From Octopus vulgaris (taxonomy: Eukaryota), in contig OX597832.1 in the NCBI GenBank assembly GCA_951406725.2, forward strand, positions 35,278,001-35,342,000: a DNA stretch of 64,000 nt, read 5' to 3'. The notes under the pieces were generated by a model. That model made no database searches. It was not told where the DNA came from and worked only from the letters and a program-made list of their open reading frames with translations. The stretch's first letter is position 1. Every line of letters begins with the position of its first letter. The position numbers and the translations under genes are program-made. Below are positions 25,831 to 39,849 of this stretch, piece after piece.

Positions 25831-26449
25831 TTCTACATTACAGTGACAGGCTGCTTAGTTTTCTCTTATTTCTGTTATTGATACAAGGGAGGTTATAACC
25901 TGAGTGGAGAAATATATGAAGAAAGAGAGAGAGGGGGGGGGGGGCAGAGCAAAGGGGATACAAAGAAAGAAACAACAGTAATAGTTGGATCAGTAAAAAA
26001 ATAGAAAGGGAAAACACAAAAGAGAGAAAAGGAGAGGGTCTATATTATTAGAGAGAGGGGGAAAGGTCTTTATAATTCTGCATTTGTGTGTTAAAATCTC
26101 AGGCACTGTCAAAATGTTTAATATATAAAAACAAAGCCATGAAAATATAGAAATTTATGCATTAAAAGATATTTTGAAAGTTAAATTTAAGTGAAATAAC
26201 TGTAGCTAATAGCTGTGGATGTTACACTTTTATCTTTGACATGTTCCAGACCAAAGGCTGCAGTCATGCTGGGGCACTACCAGTATTATGAGAGTAGACA
26301 GATACAATAAGGGGTGCAAATATAATAGTTAATTAGCTAGATAGATAGTTAGGTAGGTAGGTAGGTAGGTGAGTTTACAAATAACCCAACAAAAATACAG
26401 ATAGAGAGAGAGAGAGATAGAGAGAGATAGCTTTTAGCATAGTGATTTG

Positions 26450-28955
26450 CACCTAGAATTGTTTCCCCTGACACTGCATTATTTTTGAGGGAGCAAAAAA
26501 CATGAGCACCTACAGTTTTAAAATTATTATAACTTTCTTTATAATGCATGTACAGACATGATTTTTGTGTATACTATAAAGTAATGGGTGAGTAATATTT
26601 TGATGTAATGCATTATGTTCTGTGTTGACAATGAAAATAGAAAAAACAAAACAAAAGACGTGTTGATATACTTTTAAAATAACTTGATGACAGTCTATGA
26701 TGGAGTTCTGGGGTGCAATCTACTTTGTAATCTACCGGACTATGGAAGCAGGGGTATGGGCAGAGTGCCACATTACATTTTCTGCAGAGGGTGGTGAAGC
26801 ATGATCTTTGAACCTCACAGAGGCAGTGACTAGTGACTGAGACCATTGGCAATGTGCTCTGCTTAAGCCAAGTGCACCCATGCTGGTGGCACATAAAGAA
26901 ATCAACCTTTGAACACTGAACCTGGCAGAGGCAAAGTGGCTGAATTCCTTTTGAGTGTTGGGCCTCATGGAGGTGAGGTGGCTGAGTTCCTTTTGAGTGT
27001 TATTTTGTGCTTGAGAAGACCCATCAAGCTGAGCAGTTATGGCAGATGCCAGTGTCATGCAAATGGCACCCATTATACTCTCAGAGTGGTTGGTGTTGGG
27101 AAGGGCATCCACCTGTAGAAAACCATGCCAAATCAAACTGGAGACTGGCACCGCCTTCCAGCATGCCGGCCCAATCAAACTGTCCAACCCATGCTAACAT
27201 GGACAATAGACAAATGATGATGATGATGAGGAACTGGATTTGGTGATGCTTCTTCTCTCTGTTTGAACAAACAGCACAATCTGGACAAGAAGGTCTGTCA
27301 GATTTTAGGCACTTGAGGTTAATAAGGTGGTGTTCTGTTAACACCAGCTTCTCTAGGGGAGGGGCTTCTGATGTCCTGTGAGACACACCTGACTGGTAGC
27401 CTTCCAGCAGAGAATGTACAATTTTGAGCATTTACCCAGTGAGCTGACTTGGCTTTCCAGATGATGAGGGAATTGCAGAAACATATTTCAAAAAGGTAAA
27501 AGAAAATTTTCTTCCACCACTTAGTACATCTGTGCAGCATCATGTAATATGTCATTTGCTTGTCCGCTCTGTCTATCTGCTCCCTCCACGTGATGAGAGT
27601 AGGACTGCTCAGCACAAGGTTTGTACACAATCCTGGTATGATCTTCATGATGCTTTGAAACTTCTTCTCTGAAGGTCTCAGCAGAGTGGGCAGTTGTCAA
27701 AAGATTCACAAGCCTTTTCTTTTGTCATACCAGGAAATGTACAAAAATGTGTCCATCCCTGTGTGTGATGGGGGATTGCCTGCTCAGGGTCTTGCTGCTT
27801 TGATTTCACTGGGTACAACACCAACTGCCCTTGGTGCTTGGGCTGTTTCTCAGTGCAAGTACAGCTGTCAATTGTATATGTACTCAGTTTTTGCATAAGC
27901 TAGTTCCCAGGTTTTCAAGCCCCATTTGGCTGGTTTTGCTGGCATGTATATTAATAGGCCTGTTCTTCTTTTGAAAGGAATTACACTTTCATCCACTGAA
28001 AGTTTCTTTCCAGGATGAAAGTATGCTCAGGGTGGTTTCTTGGTTTTGTCATTGAGTTGTCTGAAAGATGGTAAAACGACAGGATTCTCAGATATCTGTC
28101 TCTTGCCATGATGTGTTTGAAGCCTGGCATCTCAATAAAGTCTTCAGTCAGCCAATATAATACAAATGATGAATGTTTGGTGAGTCCAATCAAAAATAAA
28201 ATTGCAACAAATGCCTTCATTTTTTCAACAGTAGTATCCTTGTACATGTTGACACATGAGTAGGTGCTAGCATTTTCCCTTCTCTTTCCCTTCAACTGAC
28301 TGGCATATATATTTGTCTCATTGGCAAACCAAGTTATAATTTCATCATTAAAGAAGAGACAAAAGAGTTGTTCCTCGGAAATACCATCAGGTGCCTCCTG
28401 ATTAGTATTTTCCTTAAAATCAGTCAACCATGGATGATAGTATCCACTTGGGACATCATTCACAAGATCAATGGAAGCACAGTTTCTCTCCTCATCATCA
28501 CTTCAAATCATTTCACCATTGATATCTGCCTGAGTAAATCCTTCAAAATTGACATCTGAGTCAGAATTAAACAAGATTTCTTCCAGAAAAGCTTCATCAA
28601 ATGCAGGAATGGCTATTTTCATTCAGTAAAAAAAACTAAAAAAACTGCAATCGATGTAAAAGCTTGTGTATCTCATGATGAGTAAATAAACAATGAAAAT
28701 GGTCATAGAATGGAAGTTTAACCTCGTTCAGAATCAAAAGTCGGCTGTTTCCAGCTTAAAGTAGTGGAAATAAACTTTTTGAAGTGTTTATTTTAAACCC
28801 TCCTCTCAAAGTGACACAATGTGCCTGCAACCACAGGGGAGAAAACTTGTGGGCAACAACAGCGCAGTGAAGGTTGTAGCCAAACTGAAATGAAAATAAT
28901 CTCAATTGGTAAAGAACTTTGACGAGGCTTGGTAGTAGTTGGACAGGGAAAGGTG
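26450..28955 (-). mobile_element. piggyBac (PGBD4-like) transposon, decayed and interrupted
   Basis: Acidic N-terminus, FANETNIYA, MARDRYLRILSFYHLSDN, KWWKKIFFYL and a C-terminal Cys-rich domain (CAVC...CRKCNVALC..PCF). Ends approximate. Confidence 0.9.
26796..27232 (+). mobile_element. RTE 3' end inserted into the piggyBac Cys-rich domain
   Basis: 3'UTR tail plus (ATG)n, flanked on both sides by collinear piggyBac coding sequence. Confidence 0.85.
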
Positions 28956-30549
28956 TAGTTTATATATTTCTACAGGTCCTGCCAGTTTATACAATTACTT
29001 ATATGAACATAAGATAAACAGCTACCTGATCATTTCTATAAACTGGAGAAAATCCAGTTAGAAATAGAGGCTAAATCTCTCTCAAATCATACTCTACCAT
29101 CTTATAAAAGGAGGGACGTATTAGAAAATGTAGTCTTTGATGTACTATATCTGAAAAACATGAAAATAAAAACTGAATGGTCAAAACTGGAATGCCCTTG
29201 ATTACAGATATCTTCAATCAGAGCTGACAAAATATAAATATACTTGAAATTAACACCACTAACCCATGACTTTCAGAATCTGAATATACTAGGGCTGTCA
29301 GACATACAATCTTAGAAAACTACGATTACAAATGCTAAGAAAAACTCTGAAAACATAAATAGCAATAGTTTCAAAGTCCATTAGTTCATAAGTGAAACAA
29401 GAAAGCAAAGCTGATATTATGAAGGCTTAGAAATTTGAGATATTTGGTTCAACATATGTAAAATATCATTAAAAGGAAGAAAAAAAACTATAAATCTAGA
29501 CATTTTGAATAAAAGCATGTAAAACAGAAATATGATAAAAGATTAAGTCTATTATGAATATAAGTAGATATCTATAGCGGAAACTGAAGTAAAATTATAG
29601 TAGAGATCTTTTTTTTTTTTTTTTACTAATTATAGGTTTTGCAAAAAGCAGATGTCATTAGGTATCCACACCCAGACATTCTTTTGTCAAAATATAGTTT
29701 TTGGTTCCACAATGACACATATAAAAATAAAATCTAATAAATAAGAATAATCTAGCCCTCAATTCCACACAATTTGCAGCTGCACAAAGTCTAATCTTCT
29801 GTCTTAAAAGCTATTTTCTTATTTCAAAACCAAGAAACAAGAATGAAATAAGTTGATAAACAGCTTTAAGGACATGTCTTAAAAGTTTAAAGAAATTAAA
29901 AACTATAATAAGTGATCTTGTGTAGTCCAGAATTTTACAGACCTCATTGTTAATTATCTGTTTTTCCATGCTGGCATGGGTTGGACAAGTAGTTTCAAGT
30001 CTTGTCTTTTCCTGTGGTCTTTGAGACATGCAAAACCAAAGAAAACTTTCTGTCACTTGTATTGTGCATATCATGAAATAAGGAATGTTTCCATGGTTGG
30101 ATAACCTTCTTGTTTACAACCATTTAACAGCAGATGAGTGGGTGTATTTTATCATGCCACCAACACTAGAGAAGTTATTGTCAGAACTAAAGAGACTCTT
30201 CTACTCTGTTTAGTTTTTATTTGGATGTGTTGCATGTGCACTGCAGCTTGCAGAGCTCATGTTTTCCTAATTGTTATGAGACGGCTTTTACAGCTGAAGG
30301 TTCTTTCGAACTCTAACTACTTCACTGTATGGATAGGATATATATTTTATCATAACTTAGGAACTAGAGTTGCTTTTCTTGACAGGACCAGAGAGATTGT
30401 CTACAAGACTAAAGAGGACCCTTTATACTGTGTCAGATTTTAATAGGTATTGCCATGCAGTTGAATAATATTGAGTAGCTACAAGATTAGTAGAAGCTTA
30501 AGATGGCCGAAAATGTTATTGAAATAAGCAAAACCATCTTCTAACATAC

Positions 30550-30707
30550 CTCTACAAAATTATCTGGAAATAGACCCTTCTGGCCATTTTTTTCACCTTC
30601 CCACCAGCCTCCATCAGACATGACTACATTCTTGATGATATCCCCAACAATGATTGTTAATTCATCATCCTGGCTTGCTTGATAATCAAATAAAACTTTC
30701 GCTTCAG
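30550..30707 (-). CDS. SH3KBP1: Coding exon 2: first SH3 domain (SH3-A)
   Basis: Acceptor ctttttgttccag, donor GAG|gtatgt, 158 nt. Encodes (A)[52 protein letters not shown], a canonical SH3 with GWWEG and GLFPDNFV motifs. Confidence 0.95.
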
Positions 30708-31455
30708 CTGGAACAAAAAGACATTGAAAAAAAAAAATGTTTAACAGCAACATCTAAATGCAAGAATCATGTCCAATAAACCCCTTTCACACAAGCCACT
30801 CTGTATTTTCAATAGAAACTTTTATAAGCATATTAAAAGGAACTCTCTAAAAGGAAGTATTAACTGAGACTAGAAAAGGAATTGGAATTTTGCAGACCTT
30901 TATGTGAGAATAACGGACACAGGGCGAAATATTTAGAGAGAAAGAGACATGTAGCATACCACTAATAAGTTAAATTAATTACCTATATTATAATTCTACT
31001 TGTTCATTTGTTACACTTTAGTTAGTTAGAGGAGGAGAAGTGGAGTGAGAGTGAAAGATGGATGGAAAAGGAGCAGCAGAAAAAAAGTAGAGGAAGATGT
31101 ATGCATGTATATATATGTATGTATATATATGTATGTGTCTCTATAAATTAATATGCTAAGGCTGAATGCATTACACCATCACGTGGTCAGTTGAAGGGAG
31201 AGGCAAAGAGAAACGCTATCGGCATGCGGTGGGGGGGGACGTAATTGTTATTATGTGGTTAAAAACTTAGTTGAAGAGAGAGAAATAGATAGAAGAGAAG
31301 AATGTTTAAAAGTGAGGTGATGGTCTGGTGATGAGGTTAAAGAAAAGCAGAGAGAGGGAGGGAGGGGGGAGCAGTTATATCAAGGTTGAAAGGTAAAAGA
31401 AGATAAGAGACAGTAATGCCAGCTGATGCAGAATGCTTTCACATGGCAGTGGTGA

Positions 31456-31489
<34 letters not shown>

Positions 31490-32156
31490 GAGTAAATAGT
31501 GAAAAGTGTAGTTGTTAGTTTTGAAATCATTTTTTATACAGCTCATTCCTTAATGCATGCACAGAAATGCAATTATCTTTTGCCTGCTTACTTCAAAATT
31601 GACATTTGTTTATAAAATATGGTGATAGATGATGTAAGCTAACAAGAGAAAAAATGAGATGGTATAGGCAATAATGAAGCAGAAAAAATGAGCAAGTCCT
31701 ACTCCCTCAATTACAGCCTTATCCAGAAGATTCTTTTTTATTTATTAAATGAAAATAATGCAGAATATACAATTTTAAAAGAAACACTAATTTTTATGGT
31801 TCTTTATAAATTTACAATCATCTAAAAAATGTTGTATTTACTGTGGGATTTCCACAGGCATTGCTAGTAATCATCTAACAACAACAAAAAATAATAACGA
31901 TGTTGATTTATTTGCTCTCAAGGTAATAGTGAAGGGGATGGATGAGACAAAGGTAGACATAAAATGTGGAGGTTTGAAGAGAATCAAATGAAAAAATTAA
32001 GAAAAATATGGATATAAATGTTTTAAAAAAATGATGCACTCCAACCAGGACAACCTCTAAGGTCAATTAAGGAACCCAGTCATTCAAGATCCCACAGAAC
32101 ACCAGGGGGAAAGTGACCTCTCCAATTTTCATCTGCCAACAGATATATATTTAGAG

Positions 32157-32467
32157 CCCTGATTCCCAACTTTGGGCACAAGCCCCACAAGTGGGGCATG
32201 GTAATATCTTGGTGATGCATGTGTAGGGTTAAGTTGAATTTATACCTCTTGTGCACAATATTTATTATACCAATTAGAGAAAAGGGGCAATTCGAGAATA
32301 AGCTATAAAAAAAAATTCTTTACATCCCTTCTGTGGACAATTTTATCAAATTTTGGACACTTTAGAGACAACAGGTTGTTTTTCATCATCACAAGATCTG
32401 ATGTTGCTAAAGACGGAATAGATTTATTTCCTTCGGTATGTGAAAACATGTAGGTAATTATAAATAC

Positions 32468-32523
<56 letters not shown>

Positions 32524-35195
32524 ATGTATGTACTACAGACTTATGTGTGTGGGTGTCTAAAAGTATTGACTCTTTTATCTGTAGTGACAAAAATCTAGGT
32601 ACACAAGAAAAATGTGGTGCTGCAGAGTGTTGGTGGGGCACTAAATAGTATTGGATGTGAGAGAATTGAATTGTGCAGAATGGGTTGAATTGGAGTGGAA
32701 GTAAGAGGTAGTGTCAGTGAAGGAAGAGCAAAAGGCAGAGAGAGAGGGGGGGGGATAGATAGATAGAGATTTATGGTACTGGTAATGCACACATACACGT
32801 ATATATATGATCAGAGATGAAAATTAACAAGTTATTTTATTCCCACCAATCAGAAATTATTATCAAGTTTGTGAATTCAGCAAAAAATGTAAGAAAAACT
32901 TCCATCATTGATTGAAAGGTTTTTACAGCTGAGCAGATTCACAGAATATTTTTTGTTTCTTTTTGAGCATATTTTCTGAAAGTTTATACTGAAATCTTCT
33001 TGAAGAAATTGTTGAAAAAATTTGCTTGAACTGAGATCTCTTCGTGTTTGATTAAAAAATACATAAAATGAATAGTGCAAGTAAAAAAAAAGTTCATCAA
33101 TATTCAGAGGAATATTTAAAATTTGAATTTATACCCGCTATCCATGATAAACGGTCACCTTTCTGCCTCTTATGCCAACAATGTTTGACCAATGAATGAA
33201 TGAAACCAAATCGTTGAGTTGCATTTGAAGTTGAAACATAGTGCATATGTAAATTCAGATTTAAATTACTTCAAGTCTTTAAAGAAGTTTGCAAAAAGAA
33301 CAACAATAATGTTTCTGTTTACTACACAAACTGGTTAATGCTCGTTGTACTCTTGAGGGTAGTTATGAAATTCCATTACTCATTGTTAAATGTGGAAAAA
33401 AATCATACTATTGGACAGGATTTAATTAAACCATCAATATCAGCATTGTTTTAAAACAGTCCTGGAAAAAGATGACAAAGTGGTTCAAGCCATGCCATTC
33501 AGTAACAATACTGTTTGTAGAAGAATAGATGAAATGAGTGAAGATATTGAAACACATCTTGTTGAAAAGCTGAAATCAAGAAAATTCTCATTATAAATGA
33601 ATGAATCATCTCTAAGAGACAGTGAGGTTGTATTGCTAACCTAAGCAAGATATATTGATAAAGGTGAAATTGCTGAAGAAATGATATTCTGCAAATCATT
33701 AGAATCCACCACTATCGCCCCAGATATATACAAGATAAGTTAAAAAATTACTTGGATATCAACAATACACCAATAGAGAACATAACATCCTGTGCTGCAG
33801 ATGGTGCTCCTGTTATGATGGGCAAGAAAAAAGGCTGCTTAAAATTGAAGAAAGATGAGAACCTATTCATAGAGAGAACTTAGTATCGAAAAATATGTTT
33901 CTTATTCTCAATGAGGTAGAGCATCTTTTCAAGCGGCTTTGTGAAAATGCAGACAATGCAAGACTTTTATTTCACACTGAGGTAAGGTGGTTCTCAAAGG
34001 GGAATTGCTTGAACAGATTTATGGAACTACACGATGTTCTTAGTGACTTTAAGTGACAAGCCTGAAATGAAGCACCTGCTAACCGTTGATGGTAAAGCAT
34101 TTGTGAGTTATTTAACAGATATCTTTGAAAAACTGAATATGTTAAATAAACAACTTCAAGGATCTAATAAAACTCTTACTGATGCAAAACCGAAGATATT
34201 TGGCTTTGTTACATTCACTGAGGTATGTCAAAAGAAAATATTTAACAAAATTTTTGACCAGTTTCATTGGCTAAAAAAATGTGAGGTGACCGATGCTACC
34301 ATACTTGTCATTCTGGATCATCTGAAAATATTTGCCTCTGATTTGAAAGAAAGATTTTGATTGATTTAAAACAAATTGATTTTCCAACATGGGCGATGCA
34401 GCCAATGCTAGTGGATATATCTGATGCTTCGATAGAGTACCAAGAAGAACTCTCGGAAATGGAAAATGATGAGTCAGTGAAAACTTTATTCAATATAAAA
34501 GGAGTGATGTCATGGCTTTGTGATGACACAGAAACCAAATACCCAAATTCAACCAACTTCACAAGAAAATTGTTGTTACCGTTTCCATCTTCATATTTAG
34601 CTGAATGTGGCTTTAGTGCTGTAAATGATTTGTTATTGACAAAAAGAAATCGGTTGGATATCACTAAACGAGGAGACTCGAAACTAAAACTAACTAAACT
34701 AGTGCCTAATATAAAACCTCTCCATAGCAGGTATGAAGCACAAGGATCTCGCTAACTTTAGTTTACTTATTTTTATTCAAATATTTTATATTTCTGCATT
34801 TCACTTCTCTCTTATATGTTTGTTGTGTCTTGCTCGACACTGTTTTGTGTGGTTTTATGAGGACATACTTTGTTGTCAGCCTGACTGGCCCAACAGCATG
34901 CCTTGCCAATTCGTTATGTCTGTCGACTATTTGTAGTGGTACAGCCCACTTCTCTGGCTAGGAGGTGTCCTCCACAACAACATTTTTGAAACTTTATTTA
35001 AATGTCTGTTTTTTATTTTTCTCTTTCATGAATGCCATGTACTTTGGAAGCTTGTTCAAGTTAATAGCCTTTTAAGCTTCCTCCAAGTGAATAGTAGTAA
35101 AATTTTGAATAACAAAAACTAAGTATAACAAGGTGGCATCAGGGTTTTAGAAATGATTCAGTAGGGCATGACCAAAAATCAGTTGGGAACCACTG
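32157..35195 (+). mobile_element. hAT Buster/Charlie-type transposon (ZBED5/ZBED8-like transposase), decayed
   Basis: SNNTVCRRIDEMS, CAADGAPVMMG, HTEVRWFSKG, YLTDIFEKLNMLNKQLQG and LLLPFPSSYLAECGFSA motifs; right TIR gttgggaaccactg; left TIR degenerate. Confidence 0.9.
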
Positions 35196-35569
35196 ATCCC
35201 ATTTACTCTTGCTGTTTTTGCCACTCTCACCCACCTTTCAACAAATTCATTTGGGAACATCACTTCTATTTCTATTCTCACTTTCCTTATCAAATGAAAC
35301 TTGAAAAAGTCAAAGGGGATCTACCAAGTGTCTGTCCTCATTACCTTTCAACTTTGTCCATCACACAACCTCTTTTGCTATAGCCACTAGACAAATAACC
35401 TAAAAACCTCTTCAAAATTGCCAATTAGTTCTCACTTCAATCTATTTCTCTCTACTGCTCTTTGCTAAATACAATAAATTCTGATCTAATTGCTCTCTTC
35501 GTGGAACTTCATCATAACTGCTCCTGTCAATTACTGCATAACTAATTCACTATTATAGTTCCTGTTGTC

Positions 35570-36340
35570 TTTAGCACTTTGTGCGCCAGTAAGGACACAC
35601 ACAATTTTCAGTAATTGGGTCCCTGACTAGAAGTCCTACCTAAGTCAGTGAAGTAGATCACAAAATTGTGGTTTGTATAGTTTACCATTTTGAGCCGGAC
35701 ATCCTACACCATCCCTATATGTTGACCCAAATTAAAAGTCTATCTAGATATGATTTAGATGACAATGTGGTTGCTCCATGTCCACAGTGGCACATCAGAG
35801 AAATCTAGTAGGTACCTATCAGATAGTTGGAAACTTCTGAGCAGGTACTAACCTTACACATTCCCTTTGTGCATCTAAAATACAGTTCCAGTCCTCAACT
35901 AATAGTGATAAGGTTTTACTTAGCAAAGTTATTAGACATCTGAAGAAATCTGGCTGTCCTATCCATGTCAGGGCATGGACAGCCACTAGTCTGAAGGCAT
36001 CACCTTTGCTGCTGCTCACATCCAGGCCTACCAACTTACTGAGTCTGGGAAGACAGCCTGTACCTTGAGATCAAAGACTAAGACTACCACCTGGTAAATC
36101 AACCCCAACAGGCCACAAGTTGAGAATATCTCATTGTTATTGAAAATGGGTGTGAGTATGAATGCTCCAGGGATCCTGGTCTCACTAATGGCAGCTATAT
36201 TTAAGTCAAGTGACTTGAGGTCATTGAGAAAATGGCCTTGTTTCCAAGCTGACTCTATATCACACACATTTATACAACCAACTCTGAGGACAGCAGTGTT
36301 TGTTATGGAGAAAACAAAAATGGAGAGGTCACTCACTTAG
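35570..36340 (-). mobile_element. L1/Tx1-type LINE endonuclease remnant
   Basis: LRVGCINVCDI, IAAISETRI, FRLVAVHA and VEDWNCILD correspond to APE-type motifs. Confidence 0.8.
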
Positions 36341-38859
36341 GTCCTTAAGGAGATTGGTTGATTCAGCCTTCTCATTGGTTAAGATTGGAATTTTGAAAGG
36401 TTTTTATAAAGCATTTTGTTGGGTATTTTTTTGAAAAGCCCTACATCAAATGGAAAATTTCCTTTTATTCCTATGTATGTCTATGAATCTCTTTGTATGG
36501 GAAGTCTATTTTTGTAAGTTTTGGGGAGGAACTCTTCAAAGTGGCAATGCTTTTGTTGCTTCTTATTACCTTCTCCATCAAGTCAATATCGCTCGTTTGA
36601 ACATGGCTGAAATTAATGTCATTTTCTTCTGTGATTTGCTTTGAGTGCTGTTTTATTTTTTATTTTTTTATGTGGTTCTAACTGCAATTTTTGTTTCAGT
36701 TGTTGCTGATGCTGTTGTGGTTAAGACTGTAGTGATGCATTGGTCATGTCATGTGCTTCAAGAGTATTTGCTGTCCTTTTGAATGAACCAGCTTTTGTTT
36801 TTCACTGTCCCCTTCCCTCTGTTACAGAATTTTGTTGTTGTTTTAACTTCTTCTCAATTGGTAAGACCACTGATCCAGGGAGAAAGCTGAGGGAGGAAGT
36901 GAAGGTGTTTCTTTAGTGTTGGGAGTCTTTTTACACTTTAAGGATGCCTATTGGTGCTGCTGCTTCTGTTTTGGCTGGCTCCAATTGGGGTGCCATTGTT
37001 CATGTTGTTACTGCTGTTTTGCTTGAGTTGGTGGCAATGGGGTATCCAGTTGTTTTTGTAAGATTCTTGGGCCTGTTGTAGGGCGTTAGTAGTGCGCTAG
37101 ACCTCATATTGCAATCTTGGGTATAGGTCACTCACCTAGACTGCTGAGAGTTGACAAGGCACCAGCAGAAGGTTGGAAGGTTTCACACAGGTATTGTTAG
37201 TTTTACTCACAGGTAGATGGAATAATTTCTAATAATTGAGATGATGTATTATGTCAGCAGTATTGCATGTAGTAAAGTATGAAAGCTTGATCAAGAGGGT
37301 GGGCTTAAAGATGCTTTTTTAATAAAGCATTTTGCTTTTAATAGAGTAGGTAATCTGCAGATGCATACACACACACACATGCACATAAGCTAGCGCCACT
37401 ACATTGTCCAACTTTTCCAAAGCCTTTTTTTCATCTCTTATAAAATCCTAATGACCTAATATGCTCTTGTTCTCCTTCCTCACCTTTCACTAATCTGTAT
37501 GTCAATGCGTAGCGGTCTATGCATGTCTCTGTAAGTGTCTCTCTCTGCAGTTAAAGTATATCTATGCAATGCAACCAAACCGCTACTCATATAGTTCTGA
37601 AAAGAACTTAACCACATAATCATGCCTGCATTTGTGTGTGTATAAATATATTTTACAAATACATTTTGAGAAGACAGATGAGAGTAAGAGAAGAAAATAT
37701 GCTGAGCTGGTTATGTCAAAACAATGGGTAGCAAGGTTTGATCCGATGGAGGTAAGATGCAGAGAGTTCACAGGCCAGTCCCTTTATAATGTCAAGCATT
37801 AGGGGAACCAGTAGGCAAGATGCTGTCAAGGTGGCATAGAGGCAGTAGAAGTTGCCTGAACCCTACTGCACCATGTTCTTGGTATAGTGGGGATAGCATA
37901 ACTATAATCTTTACCAAATTCCTGTTAAATTAGTAATGAGCAACACACGTACAAAAAGAAGATAGTTTACTAAAAACAGATAATCAATCATGTTGCAACC
38001 ATTTTAGTCAAATTTGTTTAGACTCATTGTTTATTGCATTGTTTATTTTTTGTTTTTAATTGGAAAGAAAAAAAAAGATTTTTCTTGTGATGAAATGAAT
38101 GTGTGATGAACCCAGCATTTTGTCTGGTAAAGGAGACTCTTTACAGTTGAGGAAATTACTGGTATTTATTCTTTGCATGAAGAGTTTGCCCTTATGCAGA
38201 CTATGAAAGTCAGTCAGACAACCAAACTGGAGAAAGAGATGAGCAAAGTAGTGAGAGATAAGCCTATTATTGTTAGTCTCCTGGATTTTTCTGTGGTTCT
38301 GTTCAGCAATGGACAAACACAGTCATTGAGAAATAGACCTTCTCATTATATTATGATTATCCCCCCCCCTTTTTGTGGTTTTGTCCATTAGTTTGTTTGC
38401 AATCACTACTCTTGAACTGTATAATTATTTCTTTGCTCAGGACCCCAGGTGGAGGGTACAGTTAGGCATAGGGGACCAGGTCTGAGAGGGTTAAGGTTAC
38501 TGTGAATTAGAAAGTGCGAGCCTTAGCAGGGGTAGTGATCAGTTAACCTTGGTTGGGTCACTTGGCTGAGTGACTGATTGTTGAAAAACCCAAAACACCG
38601 AATGACCCCAAGAAAGGTCAATGATGATACATTCAGGTGCATTACAAGATGGTGTATGGAAGAACTATATACATGCATACATTTCATATATATGTATTTT
38701 AATATTATGCAAGACTAATAACCTAGTGTAGAACTCAATATACATATGTTTCAGAACAAAAGGTTGGATGAAGACAGAGCAGTAATAAGGAAATGGGATG
38801 ACACCTACGTCTATAAATGGGCAGGTTGATAGATACATATCTTTATGTGGCTCACTTTA

Positions 38860-39625
38860 TGCTGAAATGACAGAGGGCAAGGACTCTGATGAAACTGCAC
38901 CAACCGTGATGCTTTGGACAACATGTTGTCGAGCATTGTCTTGCAACAGCATTGGCCTGTCTCTGCTGACCAATTTCAGTTGTTTAAATGCAACTTCATT
39001 CATCATTTCATCCAGTTGGTTGATGTATACATCTGCTGTAAATGAATTACCAGGTCTCATGAAGCTGTAGTGGATGACACCAATGCTGGACCATCAAACA
39101 AACACCATTAACTTTTTTTTATGAATATTCTATTTTGGATTGTGTTTTGGCACTTTGTCTCTATCCAACCACCATGCAGAACATTTGCTATTGTTGTAAA
39201 GAATCCATTTTCCATCACATATAACAATACGATGCAAAAATGGTTTGCTTTTAGGCCTTGACAGTGAAGAACAGCAAGTTTCAAGATAGTGTATCATTTG
39301 ATGCTTGCTCAGTTTGTGTGGTACCCACTTGTCCAGCTTCTTTACCTTGCCGATGTGTTTGAGATCATCCAATACAGTTGGAATCGAAACATCAAACCTT
39401 GCTGCTAACTCACACATAGTTTGAGATGTATCTGCTTCCACTGCAGTTTCCAGCTCATCATTATCCACCTTGGTCTCAGATCTACCGTGGGGCTGATTTT
39501 TAAGAGTAAAGTCACCAGACCAGAACTTCTTAAACCATCAATGTACAGTCCACTCATTCACTACATCTTCACCAAGCACCTCATTGATGTTTTGAGCTGT
39601 TTGGGATGCACTGGTTTCATCTGGC
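38860..39625 (-). mobile_element. mariner (Mos1/SETMAR-like) transposase remnant
   Basis: KWVPHKL, FLHRIVICDGKWILYNN and LLQDNARQH motifs. Confidence 0.93.
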
Positions 39626-39628
39626 TAT

Positions 39629-39849
39629 TCATCATCATCATCATCATCATTTAATGTTCATTTTCCATGCCGGCATGGGTTGGATGGCTTGATCAGGACT
39701 GGTAAGCTGAGGGGCTGCACCAGACTCCAGTCTGATTTGGCATGGTTTCTACAGCTGTATGCCCTTAATGCCAACCACTTTACAGAGTATACTGAGTGTT
39801 TTTATAGGGTGCCGGCATGGAAAAAGAACATTAAACAATGATGATGATG
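39629..39849. mobile_element. Two head-to-head RTE 3' tails, with (CAT)n on the left and (ATG)n on the right
   Basis: A minus-strand tail at 39629-39805 abuts a plus-strand 40-bp terminus tgccggcatggaaaaagaacattaaacaatgatgatg. Confidence 0.8.

Noticed and set aside
30708-30753. N-terminal part of ORF 30541-30753 ([15 protein letters not shown])
   Set aside because: It is the intronic polypyrimidine tract and acceptor; the start codon is better explained by exon 1 at 60590.
32157-35195. Domesticated ZBED/Buster gene or intact hAT
   Set aside because: Many stops and frameshifts, a degenerate left TIR and non-matching 8-bp flanks.
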